From Lama glama (taxonomy: Eukaryota): DNA of 64,000 nt. Below, piece by piece: positions 37,901-49,900 of the stretch (position 1 is the first letter of the stretch; each line of letters starts with the position of its first letter). Position numbers and translations under genes: made by a program. Below the pieces are notes generated by a model. It had not been told where the DNA came from and did not search any database. It was given only the letters and a program-made list of their open reading frames with translations. Where the stretch lies: positions 35,156,001 to 35,220,000 of the forward strand of contig CM052818.1 of assembly GCA_028534125.1 (NCBI GenBank). The letters are read 5' to 3'.

Positions 37901-40900
37901 AATTTTGAGGCTGATGGGGGTGAAGAACTTTCCACCTAATGAAAAAAATGTGTAATCCATTTAATAGTAATTTCTTTGAAAATTGCCCACCATATCTGTG
38001 CTAATATTTGAATGAATATTTCTCTGTGTTCACAATAGATGCATTTAGTGTGCATTTAACCAGTTGGTATGTGATTTTGCATTGTAGATTTGATATGTGT
38101 AGTGTTGGTATTTGGAAATTTATTTTGATTTTTCCAAAAGTTTCTGTTTAATGTTTCATCTAAGTAACCATGACTATAATTCATTATTCTTTTAGTCACC
38201 AATCCATTCATTTACTTTTATTATAGAAAAAAATTCCATACCTGTGATTATAGGAAAAAATACCTGTGATTCATTCTGTCCATTCATTATTTATTCAAAA
38301 GATATTTTTTGAGCACCTACTATGTCCCAGGCACTGTTAACAGGCATGTGAGGTATATCTATGAACAAATCAGACAAAGATTCCTGCCCTGATGGAGCTT
38401 AAATTTTAAGGGGTACTGAAGAGACCACTGGGGCTCACCAACATCTTATTTTCCTGTTCTTACTGGGCACACACCTCAACCTCATCTCTCAGCCCCACTG
38501 TATCCAGAAGGACCACGTGCATACCTCTTACCAGCAGAATGTGATCAGAGTGTTATGTGTCTTCCTAGAACCAGACAGGTAATAGCTGGGTGCCTTTTCT
38601 ATCCTCTCTACCAGCTTAGTGGAGAGAATTTCATTAGGACACAAAGAAGGAGAAACCATAAAATGAAAGAAAACTTGGTCCTTGAGCAAGGGGCAGAGAA
38701 CATCCTGCCAACCTGTGTGACTCTGAATGGGAACAAGGGAGAGACTCTGTGTTTAAGCTACTTAGGTTTTAGTTTTTGCCACACTGGTTGGTGCTGGGAG
38801 TGGTGTTCTCTTAAAACAAAACCTTAAAATTTGTTTCATTGGCTTAATAGTCAGACAGCACCCTGATGAGGGCACTGATACCAGAGATTGGAAAGACAGA
38901 AACCCAAGTTCCACAATGGTGACCAGTTTGGTAAATTTGTCATCTCTGGTAACTTGGAAGACCTACTTCATGCCGAGCGAACTCTAGGTCAAATGTTGGA
39001 AGAGATCAGAGAATATGTTGATTGTTATTGGTAAGGTATTGTAAGAAAGGGAGGAGCTTGGGAAAGTATTGGCTACTTTTCAAGCAAAAAAAAAAAAAAA
39101 AGAAAAAAAAGAAGGTTCTGACAGTTGGGGCAGTGAAAGGAAAAATAGACTGTTTCTAGAAAGCAAGAGGTAAGAGTTGAGAAAGGCTTTGAGCAACAAA
39201 GACCTACTAAACTTTCTCAGCTGAAAAGAAGTGGCTCAGTCCTGTGGCAAAGATCAGATGAAGGTATGAGTTCTTGTTGGCTGCTCATCAGAATCACATT
39301 GCTCCCACCTACACTGCTTCTAATTTATTGGGTCCAGGGTACAGGAAAGTTTCTGAAAGTTCCCCCAAGTGACTCTGTTTTGCAGCCAAAGTTGGAAACC
39401 GCTGACCTATTGTTTCATATGGCCTCCAGGTGGCTTCCGTTAGTTGAAAGCAAAAAGGCATGGAGGCAAACACATAAATCAGGATTGAGAATTATGTTTG
39501 GGAAAGAACTTTGTGTGTGGTTACTGGCACATGGAACCGACTGGAAACAAATAGATCAAAGGCCCGTGAAGTTTTTGAGGGATATTGGCAACGAAACCAT
39601 GAGCATGACTATTTGAGCTGTAAAACCACTTTTTAACTTGTCCTGGAAAGAGGTTGGTCATGAAGGTTTTAGAGCTCCTTCGGAGGGTATGCCAGAACCC
39701 CCCATGTGACCAAGAAGATGTTGGATGAGAAAGAACCTTCTGCTGACCCACTGTTGTATATTGGGACTGGGGAGGGTGGGTGCAGATAACTTGCCTTTTT
39801 AGTTCATAAGCTGCATCAGAAGGAGCTGTACGTCTTGATGGAGGAGACTGTGCCAGTGCCTGAGATCCTGGACTTGTAGTTAGATGCAATGACTGCGTGG
39901 GACTTCAGGTTTTCCATGGGGGAGGGGGAGGGGGTGGGAGAAGTTTGAGTGTGTTCTAGGCATAGGAAGAGGGCGCAAAATATATTTACTGGTTAGAAGT
40001 ACTTGCCGACATCCATGTTTTCCTTTTCTTCCTGGACATATAACTAGATTAGGTAGCCCATCCTCCTTGCAGCCAGATGGGCCATGTGACGAGGTCTTAC
40101 CAGTGGAATCTGTTTGGGAGTGATTGTGTTACTTCTGGATCAAGGCAGGTTAAAGCAGTTGTGTCTTCTCTATCCTCTCTCTCTTTGCCCTTCCCGCTCC
40201 CTGTGTACTTTGGCCCAAATGAAAGGATCTCCAAAGAGACTGACAGAGGCAGAGTGCATGGATGAACAGAGGCTGGGAACCTGAATTCATGGGTGAGAGC
40301 CCCTTTGCTAGTTTACACTGGACTCTCACGTGAGAAAGAAATCAGGAAAAGGAGTCAAGAGGAGGAGTGGGGAGAGTCTTACAGGCCTTGTTGAGAAAGT
40401 GAGATTTGAGCAAAGGCTTCGATGTCCTCCTGCAGGCGTTCTTAGTGGAGCAAGAGTGTGTCTGGGAACTCAGGGAACAGCAAAAGAGCCAGAGTAGGCA
40501 GACTGGAATGAGCCAGGGGGAGAGTTGGAGGAGAGGGAGTCAAAGAGTTAACAAGGGCCTTGCTGTCCATTGTAAGGACTTTGGCTTTTACTATGAGTTA
40601 AATGAGGAGTCTATAGAGTTTTGAGTAGAAAAATAGCTTGAGATGATTTATATTTTAAAGTGGTCATTCTGGATGCCATGTAAGGAGTAAACAGTGGAAG
40701 GAAAAGATACAAGGAGACCATTTCAGAGAGATGATTATAGCATTAAAACAAGATAGGATAGGATGTTAGCAGTAGGGGTGGTAAAAAGAGTTGAATTAGG
40801 ATATATTTTATAGATCTGCCTTATGGGTTGGATGTGGCTTGTGAAAGGAAAAGGAGTCAAGGGAAACCCTAAGACTTTGCCCTAAGAAGCTAGATGGATG

Positions 40901-43900
40901 GAATTACCGTCAGCTGAGATGGGGAAGGTTAGGGATAAAGATCATTCAGCAGTGAGTTATTTAAATAAAGTATTCTTTTAAAAAGTATAATTTAGTAGAA
41001 AATTTGATCGACTCTGTGACTGAATTAACCACTTCAACAGAAATCCTCTGTTCAGGTCATGAGGCTGGAACAGTCGGCGGGAGCCCGCTGTGAGCAGCCT
41101 CAGACGTGGCAGGTGTGCTTTAGGAGAGAGCATCCCTAGAGGAAGCACCTGGAGAAAGTGTTCCTGGGGAGCAAGAGGGAAGCTGCAAGGCCTTGTCCGG
41201 CCTGGCTGAGAAATTACACAGGCGACATCTGCCGTGTGCTGTCGGTTACAGGCACTAAGGCTGGAGGGAAGGAGAGGGGCTTCCCCTCTTGATGCTGGGA
41301 CGGCAGGGGCAGGGGGTGATGTCCCATTGCAGTGGAGCATGGGTGATGAGAGAGATCACTGCAGTTTTGTTTGGAAATTAGAGTCTGACACATAGAGCAT
41401 AAAGCCTTACCATCTGAACGAGGACTTCCATTCAGCAACGGAGACCATCAAGTTTTTCTACTAAATCAGTGCAGTTCAGTGGTGTTACGTATATTCATTG
41501 TTGTGCAACCCTCACCACCATCCATCTCTGGGACTTTTTCATCTTCCCAAACTGAAATCTTTAACCCTTTCTTGATACACAAGGAGGGCTGGAAATAAAC
41601 GATCTTACTCCCATTCCCTGCCCACCCCTTGCCTTATGTTCAGATCTCTGCTTATTCTGGCCTTCACTTTCCCAAGAGAAATTTGACCTATTCCCATGTG
41701 GTTACTCCATGGCAGGAAGTGTGTGTGCACGCACACAAAATACGCTTGTACCACAGTACAGTATGTTGGTAGAAGGCCTCCGGAGAGGTAGTTACGTAAC
41801 TTAGTTGATAAGAAATTTCACCTTTCTTCCCAGCAGAGGGCAGACTCCGCCTCTGAGCAAAGTTACTTATCCTAGTCTTCAGAATCTATAGATGATGGTC
41901 TTTGGATTTGTTTAAAAATCTCTATTAATATTATTACTTGCTTTTTTGTTTTTGTTTTATTTTAGTAAATGTTAATGGGCACCTCACATATGTCCTGTGT
42001 AGGTGTTTGGGCATTAATGATATTAAACCACTTACTTTAAGGAGTCACACAAAACTATGTTGTTACAGATTTGGAACAGTTAAGACTGTTGACTTTGTCA
42101 GAAGCGATGTTGAACTTTCATGTGATCAGCATAACCTCTCCTCACATCTCTGGGGTTCTAAAAGATAATACGTGTTCATTGAGAAAAAGGTATGCTTCTT
42201 GGCCATGCTCCTACTCAGTTCTAAATAGTTACATGTCATAAGTAAACAAGTAACTTTGTACCTAGTGCAGAACTAGGCAGGAGGACTGGTTTTTTTAAAG
42301 GCATAAGCACCATCCCCACTTGTAGCAAGTTATAGCAGGAGGTAAATAATTCACACGAAGAAAATCCAAACAAAACCTCCCAAATCTAGTCCTTTGAGCC
42401 CGTGCCCCACGCTCCTCGTAGAAACTGCCAAGACTCACGCCCTGTGGCTCTTACCTGTTTTTATCGGTCAGTGTCACAGAAGCCATCTGGTCACTCTGTC
42501 TCACATGACACCCTCATTCCCTCCGTGATCTGTACTGCTTCCCAGCCTTCTCACAGCCCTGCACATCTCCAGGCCCTCGAGAACTGCTGCTCCTTAATCA
42601 ACGAGCTGCCCTCACTTTTCCTACCTCTCTAAGCGTTTCTTTCACCCCCTTGTCTCAATAGCAGTTTGGCTTTCCGCTCGGCGCTCTGCTTCTCCCGCAG
42701 CTCTTTCGGGTGGTGGCTGCCTCTTCTCCCGCATCCTCATGAGTTTTTAGAGGTTGGGAGGTGAGATGATTGTTAGAGTGACCGTATCACTTATCATATA
42801 ATCAGGACTCATTTCAGAGTAGAAGGGGACGCTGTTAATTGTGCAGGGACAAAGTGCCTAAACTGGGATTATCCTGGGTAAACTGCTTATGGTCGCTGTT
42901 TCAGTTTTCATTGCCTGCATAATAAATAACCACAAACTTAGCAGCTTAAAACAGTGGAAGTGTGTTATCTCGGTTTCTGTAGGTCAGAAGTCTAGCCAGT
43001 GGCATGGCCGGATTCTCTGCTCTGAGTCTCGCCAGGCTGGAATCAGGTGTCAGCTGAGGCTGTAGTTATCACCGGGGGCTTGGGGGTCCTCTTGCCATCT
43101 CACTGGTTGTTGGCAGAATTCATTTCTTTGCAGCTGTGGTGGTGAGAGCTGCCAGCCAAGGAAGACTCTCAGCTCCCAGGGGCCACCTGCACTTCCTTGC
43201 CATGTGGCCTCATAGGAAGTTTACAACATGAACATTTGCTTTCTTCCAGGCCAGCTAGAGTACATCTGACATCTTCTTCTGCAACCAGCCAGAAAAAATA
43301 CTTCTTTTAAAGGGCTTACCTGATTAGACCAGGCCCACCCAGGGTAATCTCCCTTTTACCATGTAACATAATGAGTGATAGCTTATCACATTCACACATT
43401 TCTCCTACATTCAAAGAGGAAAGGCTGATACAGGATGAGGATTACTGAGAGCCAGTTTAACATTCTGTGTACTGTATACTGGCCACCCTGGTCGTTTTCC
43501 TCCTGTCTTTCCACCTTGACACTTCTAGATCTTTACACCCTGAATCTCCTGGATTTAAAAAAAAAAAAAAAAGAGACAAACAAGATGTTGCTTTGAGGAG
43601 TGTGTCATTTTAGTTCCACCACCCTTCTTCTTTTTTGGTGCAGTTATCTCCTGACTTTTTGGTCATACTCCTTCACTCCTGGATGGACTGGTACCAGATT
43701 CATGGTCACCTCGTGTGATTTCAGTATCTGTATAGGGAAACTTCTTAAGACCCTGGCCACATGGTTGTTTGACTTCCTCAACTCTGACACTCTCCTCCTG
43801 CAGTGAACCTCAGACATCTGCTTCCTCAGTTATACCCTGGACCTTTTCACCACCTCCAACCACTCTACTCCCAAAATCACTGATTTAGACATCCTGTTCT

Positions 43901-46900
43901 CTGTTGATATCCCACTGTCACTCCAGCTAACTTTTCAACTACTCTAAGGTCATCCTTTAATCTCTTTCCAACCCTTAATCCATTGACCTGTGTCCTCTCT
44001 CTCTATCCATCAGTCCTCTCTTTTCTTCTCTGCTTACGATTTTAGATGTCGCCTTTTGTTCCTGTACCATGAACTCCATTGTCCTGTGACTTTTTTATTC
44101 CTGTCTCTGTCAACTAAATTTGTGGATGAACTAATTTACCTGCTTTCTGTAGTACTTCTGGAGAAATCCATACAATAGGACAGAGTAGTATTACCTTAAG
44201 ATTCATGATCACCAACTTCATACTGACCCTCAGCACTGCAGTCCTGTTACATTTCTCAGAACACCTTGCTTTTCCATTCTTTGCAGTGGTCAGTTAAAGT
44301 CACATAGAAATAAAATCTCCATTCTTTTTAAAGAATCTATCCCCACTCTTCCCTCTCATTTAGCAGATGAACCCTTTTCTTACTACACAGAGAAAATAAA
44401 AGCCGTAACTTCCTGCTGCCCGCTTCACTAACTCATTTCTATGTTTATCCACCAAATTCTACTCAAGTACCTGCCACATAGCAGACACCGTTCTAGGTGT
44501 GGGGATAACTTAGAAAAGCCTAAGACAAAGTCTGTGCCTTCATGGAGCTTACATTCTAAAGAGGAGAGATGGATAAAAACATTTGAAAAACAAAAGCCCC
44601 AAAATAAATAAACAAAGAAGATATCAAATGACAATAAGTTCTGTATAGAAAAGTAAAATGTCATGATATGATAAAAAGATGACCGAATAGCTACTTAAAA
44701 TACAGTGGTCAGCAAACTGCTGGCTTCACTCATGAAACCTACTAAACATTTAAAGAATTAATACAAGGCCTTTACACGTTTGCCAAAATAGCAGAGGATG
44801 GAACACCTCCTAATTCATTCTGTCAGGGCAGTGTTACCTTGATACCAAAACCAAACCAAAACAAAAAAAGGTTACCAAAAGAAAAGAAACTACAGACCAG
44901 TATTCCTTAGGAATATACACTCAAAAATCCTCAGTAAATTATTAGCAAACCAAATTCAACAACATATAAAAAGAATTATTTACACCAAGTATATGACCAA
45001 GTATATATTACCCCAAAATGCAAGGTTGGTTCAACATGTAAAAATCAATCAACATAATACCATATTATTGGAATAAAGACAAAAATACGTGGTCTTCACA
45101 ATAAATGTGAAAAAGGAATTGGACAAAACCCAACATCCTTTTGTGATAAAAACCATGCAACAAACTAGGAATAGAAGGGAATTTCCTCAATCTGATAAAC
45201 TTCTTCAACGTTTATGAAAAACCCACAGCTAACATTACACTTACTGGTGGAAGACTGAGAGCTTCCCCCCTGTAACATCAGGAGCAAGACAAGTGTGTCT
45301 CCTCTTGCAACTTCTACTTAACGTTGTACTGACTCGTTGTCAGCAAGAAATCAGGCGAGAAAAAGAAGTAAAATGCATCTATGTTGGAAATAAATAAAAC
45401 CCTCTATTTGCAGACCACAAGATCTTGTATATAGAAAACCCTAAGGAATACACACACACACACAGACAACTATTAGAGGTAATAAACAAGTTTAGCAGGG
45501 TTGCAGGATGTAAGATCAATATACAAAAATTATTTTTATTTTTATTCTAGTAATAAAATGTAGGTAAGAAAATAATTTCATTTACAGTAGCACCCACAAG
45601 AACAGTATAGGAATATATTTAACCAAAGAGGTATAAGACTTACACATTGAAAACTGTAAAACATCTTTGAGAGAACTTTAAAAAGACCTAAGTAAGTAGA
45701 AAAACATATGGATTCATGGATTGAAAAACTTAATATTGTTAAGATGACAGTACTCCCCAGACTTATGTACAGATTCAATGCAATTCCTGTGAAAATGTCA
45801 GCTGCTTTTTGTATAACCCTATAAGCTGATCTTAAAATTCCTATGAAAATGCAAGGGACCCCAAGTAGCTAAAGCAGCCTCGAACAAGAACATTTTGAAG
45901 GACTCACACTTCCTGATTTCAAAACTTATGTCAAAGCAGCAGTAATAAAGTCTATGTAATATTTGCATGAGGATAGACATATAGGTTAACGGAGTAGAAT
46001 TAAGAGTCTAAAATCAAGCTCTTACATTTATTGTCAGTAGAATTTCAGCAAGGGTTATGAGACCATTCGGTAGGTAAAGAATAGTCTTTTTTAAATACGG
46101 TGCTGGGAAAATTGGATATCCAGAGGCAAAAGAATGCAGCCAGACCCCAAATTTATACCATATAAAAAAATTAACTCAAAATGGATCAAAAACCTAAATA
46201 TAAGAGGTAAAACTAAGAAACTTTAAAACAAAACATAGGTATAAATCTTCATGACCTCAGCCTATATATGACACCTTCTTAGATATGATACTGAAAATAT
46301 AAGCTGCAGAAGAAAATGAATAACTTTTGGGCTTCATTGAAATTAAAAACTTTGGTGCTTCAAAGGATACCATCAAGAAAGTAAAAAGAACCCACGGAAA
46401 AAGAGAAAATACTTGAAAATCATGTATCTGACAAAACCTGGCTTCAGAATTTTAGAGAACTCTCACAGCTCAGCAGCAACAACAAGAGCAAAAACACCAA
46501 ATAATCCGGCTTAAACATGAGCAGAGAGAAAGAGAATGGTGGTTACCAGGAACTGGGATAAGGGGGGAAGGAAAGTTGTTTAATCAGTACTGTAGAGTTT
46601 CAGATTTGCAAGATGCAAGAGTTCAGGAGATCTGTTTCACAACCATGTGAATATGCTTACCACTACTGAATTGTAGACTTGAAAATGATTAAGATGGTGA
46701 ATTTTATGTCATTTTTTTTTTACCACAATTAAAAAAAAAGTTTAGGGGGAAATGGGGGGAAATCCAAATAGAGATTTCTCCAAAGAGGATATACAAATGG
46801 CCAAAAATCATGTGAAAAGTTGCTCAGTATCAATTAATCATTAGGGAAATGGCTAATCAAAACCACGAGATGCCACTTCCCACCCACTAGTGCAGCTAAA

Positions 46901-49900
46901 ATAAAGACTGACAAACGTTGAGAAAGTGAAGAAGCAGGAACCTAGGACACTGCTGATGGGAAAGTAGCTGCCACTTGAATGGCTGCCGGGGAAGCCAAGC
47001 CTCCAGGGAAAGCCAGGTTTCCTCACAGGGCAAGAAGGTGAAAGTAACCCTTAGAGAAGAGGATTCTGCCCCAGAGAAGGGGTTTTGTTGATAGCAGACT
47101 ATGAAGACAAGGGGAGGGATTTGAGAGTGGAGGATTAGGGGGAGGAAGGGTCATGTGAGGCTGTGTGCAGAGCTGTCTGGGAATGAGAATCCAAGTGGAA
47201 GCCTTGGGTTTCTTATGAAATAGGCATAACCTGTGATAAAGGTTGTGCTGGAATTAGCCCCAGATAGTTTCCCAGATGGATCGTGGTGCTGCTGCCACTG
47301 TGAATGTTATTGGCAGAGGGTCTTACCAGGAGCTTGCGTAGTTCCGCATTCTCATCTTTTCGTCCTGTGAATGGTGGTATGAAGTCCTGGGGAAAAGTGC
47401 CCTGAAGTTCTGACAGTGGCTAAATTGGCTGCCTCATTGACCAAGCCCTCCCTCTGAAAGTATGAATTTCTTGGCCATCCAAGAGATAAATAAGCCAGAG
47501 GTATTCTGACAGCATTTATCAGCACTTTCAGTAGGTTGAGTGGGATGTTTTAAATATTGTTCTTTTCAGCATGTGAACATTACCCCCATTCTGCTGTGGT
47601 GTTTGGATGCACTATTTATTCTTAAACCCATTTACAGCTGCAGAAGTGCTGAGTTTGAAAGCAGAACATTTGAAATGGACCCAGCTGTTTAAAAAGATGG
47701 ATGCTTATCAAAGAGAGTATTGGTATACAGTTTGTGAAACAATAAGGCATTTTTTTCAGCTAGCCTGATTATTTTTAGAGCAAAGAGATGACAGATTTTT
47801 TCCATTGCAGAAAAATGTGTGACTTAACCGAAACCAAGCAATTCTTCAAATGAGCGGTTTCCTCTAGCAGTCATCACTTACCCACAGCCCTTTCTCCAGC
47901 GTTGGATCTCTTTTGATTCTTACAGGTGGCCACCAGAGCTGCACTGGAGAATGCATAGCCTGCTTCCATGTGTAGAAAGAGTTAGAGGGATCTACATGAC
48001 CCAGCAGTGTGACTTACTTGCCTGTTTCTACAAAAATTCAGATATATCAGTGATTATTGCCTGTATATATAGTACATTCTGAGATCTACAGATATAGGTT
48101 TATGGTAGAACTAAATACATGTAATAGACATGTATATTCATTACCTTTAAAAAAAACATTGTATTTATTGTTGTATTTAATTATTTTATTTTGATGGGAG
48201 GGAGGTAATTAGGTTTGTTTATTTTTAGTGGAGGTACTGGGGTTTGAACCCAGGACCTCGTGCATGCGAAGCACATGCTCTACCACTTGAGCTATACCCT
48301 CCCCCCATATTCATTACCTTTTATTTCTATTTAGCGACTACAGAATGTCCAGTTATGAAACTTCTGATTACTACCTACAATAAACCGGATGTTGGTTCCC
48401 TGGCATTCTCTCCTGAGCTGCTTTCTTATTCTTCTTTTTTTTTTTTCTCAGTTGAAGTCTAGTTGATTTACAATATTATGTTAGTTTTAGGTGTACAACA
48501 CTGTGATTCAGTGAGCTGTCTTTTCTTCTCTTGCAACACCCTCTCTGGGTGTTTCCACACAGTTCCAGGTTTTAGGTGACCTGCCCTGCAGTCCTTAATT
48601 GCAGCCCAGACTTCTGGTCCAGGTTAATACTCCTGTATTCAGTGGCCCTGTGGACATTTCCATCTTGAAGTCTCACTAGCTTTTCTGTCAATACATGGTT
48701 CTAATAATTTTTCAGTCAGTCTTCTTAGACTTCTAAGTAGATAACCAGATGAGGAGCTTTCTGCCCTGGTGGTTGCTCAATAAACATTTCCAGTTCCTGT
48801 TACGCTCCACGTCTGGAGAGTACTACTCTACGAAGTATCACGTGGTGGGCCTTGGTTTTCTGACCTTCCTGCTCTCTCTAACCTCCAGCCTCCCTTTCCT
48901 GGGACTCTGGCCGCCTGTGAATCTATTTCCACAGTACTCATGTGTTCTGCTCCTTTTTGTTTTAGCTTACTATACCCTTTGTTTGCCAAAACCTGAAGTG
49001 TCCGTCACACTTCTTCCTTATTCTTTCCTGCCATGCAGTCTGTTACTGCATTTGAGCCAGAGAACTATCTGTTCAGTGTATGTGAGAAGCACTTCTAAAC
49101 CAGAGATGATTTATAACGCATTGGTTTCCTCTTATGGAGTAATGTTTTGAAAACGTCTCCAGTTATGTCTTTGGTCAGGAACTTTTATTTATATCTTTCA
49201 CTCACAGACAGCACTCGGACAGTATTGAACTATTTCCAGTTGCTTGTTCACCCATATTTTCTTACTTTTATGTCTTTTGAATGTGTTAGTCTAGCTGCCT
49301 CTGTTGCCTCCCCTCCCCATCCTCCCAAATTTCCCTTGCCAACTTCTGTATACCCTCTGAGAGTCAGCTCAGCTATTGCCTCTCCTCCTGATCCCCAAGC
49401 TGACTTACATCTCTTCATGCTGTTCTGTGGCACTCAGGTTACCTCTTTGAAGGCACTTACCATGCTACTGTTAATTATCTGTTCATTAGTATATTCTATT
49501 AGATCATAAGTCTTTAGTGTGTTACTAGGCCATTTACCCCCATGTTTGTTAAAGAACTTGTAAAGTTGGCATCTTGCACTTGTTCCAGTTTTTAAACTAC
49601 TTTTGATCGTGGAAATGTTCATTTTATGTCTACTCAACTTGCAAAAAATATGACAGATTGATAATATTCAGTTTTGGCAAGAGTGTGGAGTAGATGACTC
49701 TAGAAGATTCTTGATAGAAGTGTGAATTGACAAAGTTGAAAAATTAAATTTTAAATGCATGTAATCTTTGACCCAGCAATTCTCTATTTCAATATAGGAA
49801 AGACCCTTGTACCAAGTATAGGTTTTTTAGTTAGGATTTTTGTATGAGGAGATGGCCAGAATCGCCAACAGTAGCAAAATGGTTAACTATGGTATATATG

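Larger units (their letters stand above)
42400..44430 (+). mobile_element. L2 LINE ORF2 region carrying nested insertions
   Basis: Pyrimidine-rich L2 sequence (ctgcttctcccgcagctctttcgggtggtggctg; gttataccctggacctt; attcatgatcaccaacttca). Confidence 0.65.

Noticed and set aside
44715..46962. Intact or domesticated reverse transcriptase
   Set aside because: The L1 ORF2 is broken by stops and frameshifts; no long + strand ORF in the track.
47928..47945. Second CTCF-like site (ggccaccagagctgcac)
   Set aside because: Mismatches in the near-invariant GGC part of the core.
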